A program made the position numbers and the translations under genes. A DNA stretch of 64,000 nucleotides, from contig CAJTQT010000002.1 of NCBI GenBank assembly GCA_910578325.1, positions 10,498 through 74,497 of the forward strand, written 5' to 3'. Below are positions 1-8,844 of the stretch, piece after piece. Under the pieces are notes generated by a model. It had not been told where the DNA came from. It saw only the letters and a list, made by a program, of their open reading frames with translations, and did no database searches. This DNA is from an uncultured Christensenella sp. Its GTDB lineage: Bacteria; Bacillota; Clostridia; Christensenellales; CAG-917. Each line of letters starts with the position of its first letter. The first letter of the stretch is position 1.

Positions 1-392
1 TCGTATTGTTTTAATTCATTTAAATCGTTTGCAGTATGCTTTGCATTGTTCAAAGCGCCCACTGAACCTAAAAACCTGCAAGCGTCGCATATTGCGCCTA
101 AAACCTTGCCGTTCTTTATACAAGTATCAATCAAAGGCTTAACCGACAATGCATTTTCGTTGTGCCACGACATACCGCCGATAAGAATTAAAGCATCGTA
201 ATCGGACGGCGCAGATTGCAGGTCATAGTCAGGCAAGCACTTAATGCCCCCGATAGATGTAACTGCGCTTTTTGAAAGCGATACGGTTTTGTTTTCAAAG
301 TTTCCACCGCCAAGCATATTTACGGCAGATGATATGTAGGCAAGTTCCCAGTCTGCCCATTGTTCTAAAATAATGTATAGAATTTTTTTCAT
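1..392 (-). CDS. DJ-1/PfpI family (type 1 glutamine amidotransferase-like) protein, truncated by window edge
   Basis: Not in ORF track because it runs off the window. Manual translation from ATG at 392-390 (GGAGAC RBS upstream): MKKILYIILEQWADWELAY...YDALILIGGMSWHNE...GKVLGAICDACRFLGSVG. The GAICDA nucleophile-elbow-like motif is typical of the family. Confidence 0.55.
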   Translation of the reverse strand, partial: MKKILYIILEQWADWELAYISSAVNMLGGGNFENKTVSLSKSAVTSIGGIKCLPDYDLQSAPSDYDALILIGGMSWHNENALSVKPLIDTCIKNGKVLGAICDACRFLGSVGALNNAKHTANDLNELKQY

Positions 393-404
393 ATTTTTGT
401 CTCC

Positions 405-968
405 TTACATAGGTTTTAGATTTTTATTTAGCCTGTCGACTATCCATAATATTCGTTTTTCACGTCCCGCATCGGTTTTAGCGTCCAAATATGCCCGAGT
501 ATACGTTTTCTTTACGGAGTTTGACATTGCCTGAAAGTTTGTAAAAGCAGGCTCGTAACTCTGCAGAATCTCAGATAAAGCGGAAATCTGTTCGTCTGTG
601 ACGTCTGCGGGCTTGTCTGCATACCATTGTCCGTTTTGTTTTGCTTCTTCTATTTTCTTTCTGCCGTAATCGGTCATAATGCCGCGCTCTTCGAGGTTTT
701 TTACCAGCGTTTTGTTCTTTTCGGACCATTTGCTGTTCTGTCTGCGCATTGAAAAATATTTTTTATAGGTTTTTTCGTCAATGGTTTTCATTTGTCCGTC
801 AATCCAGCCGAAGCAGAGCGCTTCTTCAAGCGCTTCTTCCGCTTTTAGCGTTTGCGGACCGTCGGCTTTGCCGAATAATAGCCAAACGCCTTCCTCGGAC
901 AGGCAGTGCATTTCAAGCCAGATTCGGAAATCTTGTCTGTTTTTGAATATAAGCATTCCATCGTTCAT
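405..968 (-). CDS. YdeI/OmpD-associated family protein
   Basis: ORF track 405..1019. Start moved to ATG 968, which is preceded by AGGTG. Motifs WLLFGKADGPQTL, ALCFGWIDGQ, YFSMRRQNSKWSEKN. The stop lies 13 nt upstream of the DJ-1 gene start, so co-transcription is likely. Confidence 0.55.
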   Translation of the reverse strand: MNDGMLIFKNRQDFRIWLEMHCLSEEGVWLLFGKADGPQTLKAEEALEEALCFGWIDGQMKTIDEKTYKKYFSMRRQNSKWSEKNKTLVKNLEERGIMTDYGRKKIEEAKQNGQWYADKPADVTDEQISALSEILQSYEPAFTNFQAMSNSVKKTYTRAYLDAKTDAGREKRILWIVDRLNKNLKPM

Positions 969-1052
969 ATTACACCTATCGAATATAAATAGAGAAGCCG
1001 ACGGCAGTGAATTTGTCATCTGCTTTTTATAGGCGAAGAGTGTTACGCTCCC

Positions 1053-1093
1053 AAAAAATTCATAATCCTACCGTCTTGCGACAATAGGATTAT
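1053..1093 (-). terminator. Rho-independent terminator of the SRP RNA
   Basis: On the minus strand, AUAAUCCUA...UAGGAUUAU (9-bp stem, plus-strand 1062-1070 / 1085-1093) is followed by AAUUUUUU (plus 1051-1060). Confidence 0.75.
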
Positions 1094-1364
1094 GAAAACT
1101 GTGCGCCGCCTTCGACATTGACTACCGAAGCGGAAACAGAGTAGGTGGCTCCTTCAAAGTTTCCCCGTGGCACACGCTAAAATCTGCTTAGTGCTGCTGC
1201 GGTCAAGCCCTGACACGGTTCACAGCGTAACGTTGCACGGGACATTGATATCGACACTCCTTGCTCTGTGCGGCCAACCATAGTCAAAGCCTATGACGGT
1301 GTTCGGCACTGCTGTTGCGGATTGCAGTTTACAGGGCACCGCAAGCTCCCCGTCTAGCACAGTG
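1094..1364 (-). ncRNA. ffs: Signal recognition particle RNA, large Bacillus type (scRNA/ffs)
   Basis: Minus-strand ACCGUGUCAGGGCUUGACCGCAGCAGCACUAAGCAGAUUUUAGCGUGUGCCACGGGG aligns by eye to the E. coli 4.5S helix-8 core (GUCAGG...AGCAGC..AAGGCAGAU..GCGUGUGCC). The 5' ACUGUGC pairs with the 3' GCACAGU to close an ~270-nt molecule. It has its own promoter and terminator. Confidence 0.75.
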
Positions 1365-1369
1365 AACAA

Positions 1370-1398
1370 AGTATAACACCGATAAGCAGTTTTGGCAA
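1370..1398 (-). promoter_or_regulatory. Sigma-A type promoter of the SRP RNA
   Basis: Minus strand reads TTGCCA - 17 nt - TATACT, about 7 nt upstream of the inferred SRP RNA 5' end. Confidence 0.6.
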
Positions 1399-1457
1399 GC
1401 GCAATTTGGTATATGAGCAGGGTGAAAATGTCGCGTTATGTCGGTTTTTACAATTTA

Positions 1458-1486
1458 AAACGCAACCTGTTGGAAGATTGCGTTTA
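1458..1486 (-). terminator. Terminator hairpin downstream of the ABC-2 permease gene
   Basis: AAACGCAA (1458-1465) pairs with TTGCGTTT (1478-1485), with a 12-nt loop and T/A runs on both sides. Confidence 0.55.
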
Positions 1487-1516
1487 ATTGATTTATCGTG
1501 ATTTTTCAGCGGATAA

Positions 1517-2350
1517 TTATTTTATGTCGCGTTTCAGGAACGTACAAAGTCCGATAGCGGTTGCAATGCCGCCGTAGACGAGAGGCATAATTATTACCGC
1601 GCAGATTTGAGCGACTGTGAGTTTTGCTGTCGAAGAAGCGACAATAATCTGTTGTAGCGGCATAAACATTATCCAGTCCGAATTGCCGCTCATACTGCCT
1701 ACGGTTGACGCTATGCTGAAAATTATCGAGAATGCGATATATATGCCTATGGTTGCACCGAGCGACGCTCCGCTTGAACGGCACAGGAATATCAGCATAA
1801 GCACTATCGACATTGTGGCAAGATTACACAGTAGTTGCAGGGCGAAGTTGCGCACAAGTACGGCAAAGTGCGCTCCGGTAAAAGGGACACCGATGCCTTT
1901 GAATGCGGTGAAAATCCCGCAAACTATAATTGCGAATACCGAATATATGACAATAAGTACCGCAAGACTAAGCCATTTTGAAAAATAAAGTTGAGTTCGG
2001 TTTGTGCCTCTGGATACAGATACGCGGATTGCTCCGTTTGAAAAATCCTTTCCAACAAACAGACAGGCGATTATCGCAACGAAGAGCGACATAGAACAGG
2101 TGTCTGAAAAACCTGCAAGACTCGCGTACCCGAGGGGTGAGAGTATTTCGAGCATCTGGTCTTTCATCATAATTGCTTCTGCGTCGGTCGGTTCCATATT
2201 TCCGATGATTGCCATACCTATCCAGTAGATGCAGTAGACAAGCAAGATAATGCCGAACATAACCGCCAAACCTATCCAGACGCTTTTATGTTTTTTGAGT
2301 TTAAACAAATCTGATTTTAACGCGCAAACCATACCGTCAGTGTTCTTCAT
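1517..2350 (-). CDS. ABC-2 type transporter permease
   Basis: 277-aa polytopic hydrophobic protein. Its start overlaps the stop of the upstream ATPase gene by 14 nt. Confidence 0.7.
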   Translation of the reverse strand: MKNTDGMVCALKSDLFKLKKHKSVWIGLAVMFGIILLVYCIYWIGMAIIGNMEPTDAEAIMMKDQMLEILSPLGYASLAGFSDTCSMSLFVAIIACLFVGKDFSNGAIRVSVSRGTNRTQLYFSKWLSLAVLIVIYSVFAIIVCGIFTAFKGIGVPFTGAHFAVLVRNFALQLLCNLATMSIVLMLIFLCRSSGASLGATIGIYIAFSIIFSIASTVGSMSGNSDWIMFMPLQQIIVASSTAKLTVAQICAVIIMPLVYGGIATAIGLCTFLKRDIK

Positions 2351-3260
2351 GTCCCAGCCCTCCCATAAGCGAAATAAACGTCGTTTCCAAATCTCCTTCG
2401 CACTGATAGATGTTTATAATCGGTACGTTTGCTTTTGAAAACATATCTGCGACCTGAGGAATGCTCTTTGATAAATCGTACAGTGCAAGGGTGTTGTAGG
2501 GCAGTATTTCGAAATCGTGCGCGTGATAGTTTTCAACCACTACGTTGAGCGCGACTTTCAAATCTCCCACAACAACTTTGATGTACGGGCGGCAGAGTTC
2601 TTCTATATCCGAATTGCGCAGTTCCTTAACGAGTTTTCCGCCTTCAATAACTCCGTAGCAAGTGGCGAGTTTTCCGAGTTCCGCAAGCAGATGCGAGGAT
2701 ATCAGAATAGTAATTTTGTTTTCGTGGTTGAGGCGTTGAAGCAGTTCGCGCACTTCGAAAATACCTGCTGGATCCAGACCGTTTACGGGTTCGTCGAGAA
2801 TGAGAATGCGCGGCTCTCCTATTAGTGCGATTGCGATGGCAAGCCGCTGTTTCATACCGAGAGAAAAGTTTTTGACTTTGATGCCGTCGTCGGCATTCAG
2901 TCCGACCGTGTGCAGAAGTTCGCGCAATTTCATCTCGTCATATCTGCCGAAACCGAGTGCAAAAGCCTTCATATTGTCCAGTGCGCTCAGATGCATAATC
3001 AGAGCAGGGCTGTCTATAATAGATCCTATCTTGTGTCTTTCGAATTCCAGCGCGTTTTTTCCTATCGCGCCGTTGATTTTAATTTCGCCGCCGTCCTGCG
3101 AAACAAGCCCTAAAATACTGCGTATAAGAGTTGTCTTTCCCGCGCCGTTGCGACCTACAAGTCCGTATATATCGCCTTCGCGCACGGTTATCGACACGTC
3201 GTCGAGTACCTTATGCTTGCCGTATGTTTTGGATAAATGTGAAGTTTCTATTGCGTTCAT
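2337..3260 (-). CDS. ABC transporter ATP-binding protein
   Basis: Walker A GRNGAGKTT, ABC signature LSLGMKQRLAIA, Walker B ILILDEP. Confidence 0.9.
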   Translation of the reverse strand: MNAIETSHLSKTYGKHKVLDDVSITVREGDIYGLVGRNGAGKTTLIRSILGLVSQDGGEIKINGAIGKNALEFERHKIGSIIDSPALIMHLSALDNMKAFALGFGRYDEMKLRELLHTVGLNADDGIKVKNFSLGMKQRLAIAIALIGEPRILILDEPVNGLDPAGIFEVRELLQRLNHENKITILISSHLLAELGKLATCYGVIEGGKLVKELRNSDIEELCRPYIKVVVGDLKVALNVVVENYHAHDFEILPYNTLALYDLSKSIPQVADMFSKANVPIINIYQCEGDLETTFISLMGGLGHEEH

Positions 3261-3373
3261 ATAAACCTCGTTCTGTATTATTAGATATATTATAGCACAA
3301 ATATCCCGTTTGAAAAGCAGTATACATTAAATTCTTGCCGGAAGGTTTTAGTACATACGCAAAGTGTGTATTG

Positions 3374-3453
3374 CACGATACGTGTATTTAAAGTATTTTT
3401 CAAAATTACCCATTTAAAACACGTATCGTGTAAAAAATTGGACACGTATCGTG
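3374..3453. promoter_or_regulatory. Three copies of an 11-nt CACG-N3-CGTG inverted-repeat site upstream of the ABC operon
   Basis: CACGATACGTG at 3374-3384; CACGTATCGTG at 3420-3430 and 3443-3453 (the latter two are 23 nt apart). The sites lie 80-160 bp upstream of a TGcTATAAT extended -10 (minus strand, plus coordinates 3289-3297). Confidence 0.5.
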
Positions 3454-3624
3454 CTATTTAATGCTTAAATTGCTAAAATCAGAGGATTTAAATGTGATTT
3501 GAGTGTATTTGGCGGAGATATTTGGCGAAGAATAGCAATCTCGGGAATATGAATATTCCGCGATGCACGGACAAGAAATGTGTGTAATGAAAGAAAGACA
3601 GAGTTGTGATTTTTTGTTATAACG

Positions 3625-3646
3625 AAAAAACACGTCCTTTGACGCG
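3625..3646 (-). terminator. Terminator after tRNA-Gly
   Basis: Minus strand CGCGUC-AAAG-GACGUG followed by UUUUUU. Confidence 0.5.
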
Positions 3647-3650
3647 TCTT

Positions 3651-3724
3651 TGGAGCGGGCGATGAGAATCGAACTCACGACTAAAGCTTGGGAAGCTTTC
3701 GTTTTGCCATTAAACTACGCCCGC
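3651..3724 (-). tRNA. tRNA-Gly (anticodon CCC), CCA encoded
   Basis: Minus strand GCGGGCG/CGCCCGC acceptor stem, anticodon loop UUCCCAA, T-arm GUGAG-UUCGAUU-CUCAU, 3' UCCA. Confidence 0.9.
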
Positions 3725-3898
3725 AATTATTTCAGCAGTGATATTTTAACACATCGGGAGAATTTGTCAAAGGAATTTTAAGGCGGATGAGACGCGTTTT
3801 ATTTGCAAAACGGATTATTTTATTCTTGTCGGTTTGTATGATACAGGCAACATTATCGGTTTAGCGATATAAAAATTTTCGGCGCGGTGATAAAATTC

Positions 3899-3927
3899 TT
3901 GCATTTTCTTCGATATCATTCTATAAT
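3899..3927 (+). promoter_or_regulatory. ileS promoter
   Basis: TTGCAT (3899-3904) - 17 nt - TATAAT (3922-3927). The resulting leader is only ~45 nt. Confidence 0.6.
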
Positions 3928-3975
3928 TAGTAAATCTAATTTAGTATACTGCATAATTGCAAGAGGAATCAAACT

Positions 3976-6900
3976 ATGTATAAACCCGTAGAAAGCAATC
4001 TCAATTTCGTAGAACGCGAAAAAGAAGTGCTCGGTTTCTGGAAAGAGAACGAAATCTTCGAAAAGAGCGTAAAGAAGAACGATGGCAAACCCGAGTTCAG
4101 TTTTTACGACGGTCCTCCGACCGCCAACGGCAAGCCGCATATAGGACATATTCTGACTCGCGTTATGAAAGATATAATTCCGCGTTACAAGACGATGAAA
4201 GGTTATCACGTTTTGCGAAAAGCGGGTTGGGATACGCACGGACTGCCCGTCGAGTTGGAAGTTGAAAAACTGCTCGGCATAGACGGAAAGCAGGAAATCG
4301 AAAAATACGGGATAGAGCCTTTCATCAAGAAATGTAAGGAATCCGTCTGGAAATACACCGACGAATGGCAGAAGATGTCCGACCGTATAGGCTACTGGGC
4401 GGATATGAAAAATCCCTATATCACCTATGATGATAACTATATCGAATCGGTTTGGTGGGCTATAAAACAGATGGCAGACAAAGGACTGCTGTATAAAGGT
4501 TATAAAATCGTGCCGTACTGTCCGCGTTGCGGAACTGCGCTCAGTTCGCACGAAGTGGCTCAGGGCTATAAAGACGTCGAGGAAACGTCGGCGTTTGTAA
4601 AGTTCAAGGTAAAGGGCGAAGACGATACGTATTTCCTTGCCTGGACGACTACGCCTTGGACGCTGTCGTCAAATACTGCGCTTTGTATGAACGGCGCGGA
4701 GGATTATACGAAGATAAAGGCGAACGGCGAGTATTATATCCTTGCCGACGCGCTTGTTGACAAACTTTTTGCGGACGCAGAGTTTGAGAAAGTAGATACG
4801 AAAAAAGGAAGCGAGTATGAATATGTAGAGTACGAGCCGCTTTTCGATTATAAATATGATTTCAAAGAAAAAGCGTATTATGTGGTAAACGACGGATACG
4901 TCACGCTTACAGACGGCACGGGCATAGTCCATATCGCTCCCGCGTTCGGAGAGGACGACGGAAGAGTGGGCAAGAAATACAACCTGCCTTTCGTTCAGAT
5001 GGTTGATGACAGGGGAAATTTCAAGGAGACTGTCGACGACCTTAAAGGAGTGTTCTGCAAGGACGGAGACAAGTCCGTAATCGAAAGACTTAAAAGAGAG
5101 GGCAAACTTTTCAAGACAATGCGCTTTACGCACAGTTATCCTTACTGCTGGCGTTGCGATACTCCGCTTTTGTACTATGCGAGAAGTTCCTGGTTTATCA
5201 AGATCACTGAAGTTAAAGAGCAATTGCTCAAATCCAACCAGTCGGTGAACTGGATGCCCGAAACGATAAAGAACGGACGCATGGGCAATTTTCTGGATAA
5301 CGTTATCGACTGGGGAATATCGAGAGAGAGATACTGGGGCACTCCGTTGCCTATCTGGGTATGTAAGGACTGCGGCAAGATACACGTGATCGGTTCACGC
5401 GAAGAATTGCGCGAAAAGGGCGGCCTTAACAGCGACGTCGAGTTGCACCGTCCATATATCGACGAGGTAAAATGGCAATGCGAGTGCGGCGGAACAATGG
5501 AGCGTACTCCCGAAGTGCTGGACTGTTGGTTTGACAGCGGATCTATGCCGTTTGCCCAGTGGCATTATCCTTTTGAAAACAAGGAGATATTCGACGAAGT
5601 TTTCCCCGCCGATTTCATATCGGAGGCGATTGACCAGACGAGAGGTTGGTTTTATACCTTGCTTGCGGTAAGCACCGTACTGTTCGGACGCGCGCCGTTC
5701 AAGAACTGCATCGTGCTCGGACACGTTAACGATAAGGACGGAATAAAGATGTCTAAGCATAAGGGCAACGTGGTCGATCCCTGGACTGTGCTCGATAAGC
5801 AGGGGGCGGACGCTACGAGGTGGTATTTCTATACCGCTTCCGCGCCGTGGTTGCCTTCAAGATTCTCAGCGGATAACGTCAGCGAGTCGCAACGCAAGTT
5901 TATGGGCACGCTGTGGAATACGTACGCATTTTTCGTGCTGTATGCCGAAATAGACAAGTTTAATCCCTCCGAACACAAACTCGAAGAACAGGAGTTGAGC
6001 GTAATGGACAAGTGGATACTTTCCGGACTCAATTCGCTTGTTAAAACAGTAGACGAAGGGCTGAACGAATACAGGATTACGGAAACCGCGCGCGAAATAG
6101 CCGCGTTTGTAGACAATCTTTCCAACTGGTATGTACGCCGTTCCCGCGAACGCTTCTGGGGAAACAAGATGACAAAGAGCAAAGAGGCGGCATATACGAC
6201 GCTGTATACGGTGCTTGCAACTCTGAGCAAAATTCTCGCGCCCTTTGTTCCGTTTATGGCGGAAAACATATATCAGAATATAGTGCGCAATTTCGATGAA
6301 ACTGCGCCCGAGAGCGTCCATCTGTGCGATTTTCCGATTGCGGACGAGAAAATGATAAATCCCGTTCTCGAAAAAGGTATGGACCGCGTTCTGCAACTCG
6401 TAGTGCTCGGCCGTGCGGCGAGAAACAAATCAAATCTCAAAAACAGACAGCCGCTCGGACGTCTTCTGTATAACGGAAAGTACGTGCTTCCCAACGAACT
6501 TCAGGATCTGGTTAAAGACGAACTCAACGTCAAATCCGTTGAACAGTCAGACGAGGACGACAGTTTTGTGAGTTATGAGATCAAACCGCAACTCAAAACT
6601 CTCGGACCTAAATACGGCGCGTTGCTCGGAAAAATCAGAGCATTGCTGCAAGAGCGTCCGCAGGATATTATCGCCGCGATTAAGAAGCGTAAGGCTTTTG
6701 ACGAAATTAAAGAAGAATACAGAAGCAAGCGCGGCACCGACGAGGATGTAAAGAGCGAGTTCATCTGCGAAATAGACGGAAAACGTATAGTGCTGAGCGA
6801 AGAGGATCTGTTGATTTCCGTGAAGAATAAAGAGGGATTCTCCTCGGAGTCCGACGGGGAAACGACGGTTGTTCTCGATACCGCGCTTACCGAGGATCTT

Positions 6901-7152
6901 ATCCGCGAAGGAATCGAGCGCGAGATAGTAAGCAAAGTTCAGAATATGCGTAAGGAGGCAGGATTCGAGGTCACAGACCATATTCTGTTGGGATATGTAG
7001 CCGACGGTTTGGCAAAAGACGTGCTCGACGACGCGAAATTCCTTTCCGACGTTCTGTGCGACGGAATAGTTTCCGCTACCGACGGATTTACCAAAGAAGT
7101 CGATATAAACGGACATAAAGCGGTTATCACCGTCAAAAAGGTAGAGGATTGA
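3976..7152 (+). CDS. ileS: Isoleucine--tRNA ligase (long, type-2-like form)
   Basis: 1058 aa. HIGH motif PPTANGKPHIGH, KMSKS variant KMSKHKGN, CP1 editing region. The N-terminus NFVEREKEVLGFWKENEIFEKS is typical of IleRS. Confidence 0.95.
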   Translation: MYKPVESNLNFVEREKEVLGFWKENEIFEKSVKKNDGKPEFSFYDGPPTANGKPHIGHILTRVMKDIIPRYKTMKGYHVLRKAGWDTHGLPVELEVEKLLGIDGKQEIEKYGIEPFIKKCKESVWKYTDEWQKMSDRIGYWADMKNPYITYDDNYIESVWWAIKQMADKGLLYKGYKIVPYCPRCGTALSSHEVAQGYKDVEETSAFVKFKVKGEDDTYFLAWTTTPWTLSSNTALCMNGAEDYTKIKANGEYYILADALVDKLFADAEFEKVDTKKGSEYEYVEYEPLFDYKYDFKEKAYYVVNDGYVTLTDGTGIVHIAPAFGEDDGRVGKKYNLPFVQMVDDRGNFKETVDDLKGVFCKDGDKSVIERLKREGKLFKTMRFTHSYPYCWRCDTPLLYYARSSWFIKITEVKEQLLKSNQSVNWMPETIKNGRMGNFLDNVIDWGISRERYWGTPLPIWVCKDCGKIHVIGSREELREKGGLNSDVELHRPYIDEVKWQCECGGTMERTPEVLDCWFDSGSMPFAQWHYPFENKEIFDEVFPADFISEAIDQTRGWFYTLLAVSTVLFGRAPFKNCIVLGHVNDKDGIKMSKHKGNVVDPWTVLDKQGADATRWYFYTASAPWLPSRFSADNVSESQRKFMGTLWNTYAFFVLYAEIDKFNPSEHKLEEQELSVMDKWILSGLNSLVKTVDEGLNEYRITETAREIAAFVDNLSNWYVRRSRERFWGNKMTKSKEAAYTTLYTVLATLSKILAPFVPFMAENIYQNIVRNFDETAPESVHLCDFPIADEKMINPVLEKGMDRVLQLVVLGRAARNKSNLKNRQPLGRLLYNGKYVLPNELQDLVKDELNVKSVEQSDEDDSFVSYEIKPQLKTLGPKYGALLGKIRALLQERPQDIIAAIKKRKAFDEIKEEYRSKRGTDEDVKSEFICEIDGKRIVLSEEDLLISVKNKEGFSSESDGETTVVLDTALTEDLIREGIEREIVSKVQNMRKEAGFEVTDHILLGYVADGLAKDVLDDAKFLSDVLCDGIVSATDGFTKEVDINGHKAVITVKKVED

Positions 7153-7156
7153 CGGT

Positions 7157-8017
7157 ATGAGGATCGCTCCCGACTGGACGGAATATTCGGTTATCGCCAC
7201 CGGAGACGGCGAGAAGTTGGAGAAGTGGGGGAATCTCACTCTCCTGCGTCCCGACCCGCAGATTATTTGGCGCGCCGAAAAGCCGTTGCGTTCCTATAAA
7301 GGAATCGACGCAGTTTACGAGCGCAGCGCGACAGGAGGCGGCAGATGGGTTTTTAAACGCCCGAATGTCGAGACGGAATTTGTTCTGCACTGGCGCGAAC
7401 TGACTTTTTCGCTCAAACTTATGGGCTTTAAGCACACGGGGCTTTTCCCGGAGCAGGCTGTCAACTGGGACAGAATGCAAAAACTGATAAAGGGCGCGGG
7501 CAGAAAAATCAGCGTTCTGAATCTGTTCGGTTATACGGGCGCGGCGTCTGTTGCTTGCAAGAGCGCGGGCGCGGACGTGTGTCACGTCGACGGAGCAAAG
7601 GCTATGGTCGAGAGGGCGGGAGAAAATATCCGCCTCAGCGGCATTGACAGCGCGGGAATGAGATATATCATTGACGACTGCTTTAAGTTTTGCGCAAGAG
7701 AATTGCGCAGGGGCAGAAAATACGACGCCATAATACTCGATCCGCCCAGTTTCGGAAGAGGTCCGAACGGCGAGAAATGGAAGATAGAAGAGGGTATATC
7801 CGAACTCGTGGATTTGGTTGCCCGACTGCTTAGCGACAATCCGCTGTTCGTATGTCTGAACAGTTATACCACGGGTTTGCAACCGGCAGTAATGGCAAAC
7901 GTGCTCAAACTCGCGTTGCCGTCTGACGCAAGGATAGATTCCGACGAAATAGGCTTGCCTACGCAGGAGGGATTGATTCTGCCTCAGGGATGCACCGCTT
8001 TTGCGGAATTTGCGTGA
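7157..8017 (+). CDS. Class I SAM-dependent (rRNA-type, RlmI/YwbD-like) methyltransferase
   Basis: SAM-binding LNLFGYTGAASVA, catalytic-region ILDPPSFGRG. Confidence 0.75.
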   Translation: MRIAPDWTEYSVIATGDGEKLEKWGNLTLLRPDPQIIWRAEKPLRSYKGIDAVYERSATGGGRWVFKRPNVETEFVLHWRELTFSLKLMGFKHTGLFPEQAVNWDRMQKLIKGAGRKISVLNLFGYTGAASVACKSAGADVCHVDGAKAMVERAGENIRLSGIDSAGMRYIIDDCFKFCARELRRGRKYDAIILDPPSFGRGPNGEKWKIEEGISELVDLVARLLSDNPLFVCLNSYTTGLQPAVMANVLKLALPSDARIDSDEIGLPTQEGLILPQGCTAFAEFA

Positions 8018-8094
8018 AGTCGGATTACATTCAAACGTAACAAAATACAAAGACGGTTAATACAATACGGATACTCATAAAGAAGGACGATATA

Positions 8095-8811
8095 ATGACT
8101 TACAAGGATTTACAGATAATTTTCGAAGACAACCATTTGCTTGTGGTCGTCAAACCTATGGACGTTCCCGTACAGGCGGACGCGAGCGGCGACCCCGATA
8201 TGCTGTCGATGCTCAAAGAGTATCTGGTTGAAAAATACAACAAGCCGGGAGACGCATATCTCGGGCTGGTGCACCGTCTCGACAGACCGACAGGCGGCGT
8301 AATGATGTTTGCAAAGACATCTAAATGCGCAGAGAGGCTCTGTACGGCGATAAAAAACGGAGAAGTCGACAAAAAGTATTTCGCCGTCTTAGAGGGCGTT
8401 CCGCGCTATAAAGCGGACAAACTGCGCTGCTATCTCAAAAAGTTTTCAGATACGAATACGGTAAGAATTGTTCCTGCGCTTACGGAAGGAGCAAAATATG
8501 CCGAACTCGATTATAAAGTGCTCTGTGAAAAACAGAATCACAGTCTTGTGTCCGTCAAACTAATAACTGGACGGGGGCATCAGATCAGAGTACAGATGGC
8601 CGGAATGGGCACGCCCATTGTCGGCGACAGAAGATACGGAAACGGCGCAAAAACCAAATTTCCCCTATGCCTATGGGCGACCGAGTTGCGACTATGTCAC
8701 CCGATAAGCGGCAAAACAATGGTGTTCAGGGTGTATCCGCCCGAGATTGCTCCCTGGACGGCGTTCAATATGGACGTATTCTTGAACGTATCTGTCCCAA
8801 ACGACGATTGA
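8095..8811 (+). CDS. RluA family pseudouridine synthase
   Basis: Catalytic motif HRLDRPTGGVMMFAKT and GRGHQIRVQ. Confidence 0.85.
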   Translation: MTYKDLQIIFEDNHLLVVVKPMDVPVQADASGDPDMLSMLKEYLVEKYNKPGDAYLGLVHRLDRPTGGVMMFAKTSKCAERLCTAIKNGEVDKKYFAVLEGVPRYKADKLRCYLKKFSDTNTVRIVPALTEGAKYAELDYKVLCEKQNHSLVSVKLITGRGHQIRVQMAGMGTPIVGDRRYGNGAKTKFPLCLWATELRLCHPISGKTMVFRVYPPEIAPWTAFNMDVFLNVSVPNDD

Positions 8812-8844
8812 GGCGGACAGATGCTCTGAAACAGGGGTTATCAA

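Noticed and set aside
3454-3678. 74-aa minus-strand ORF between the ABC operon and ileS.
   Set aside because: Its 5' end overlaps tRNA-Gly (3651-3724) and the tRNA terminator. It has no RBS.
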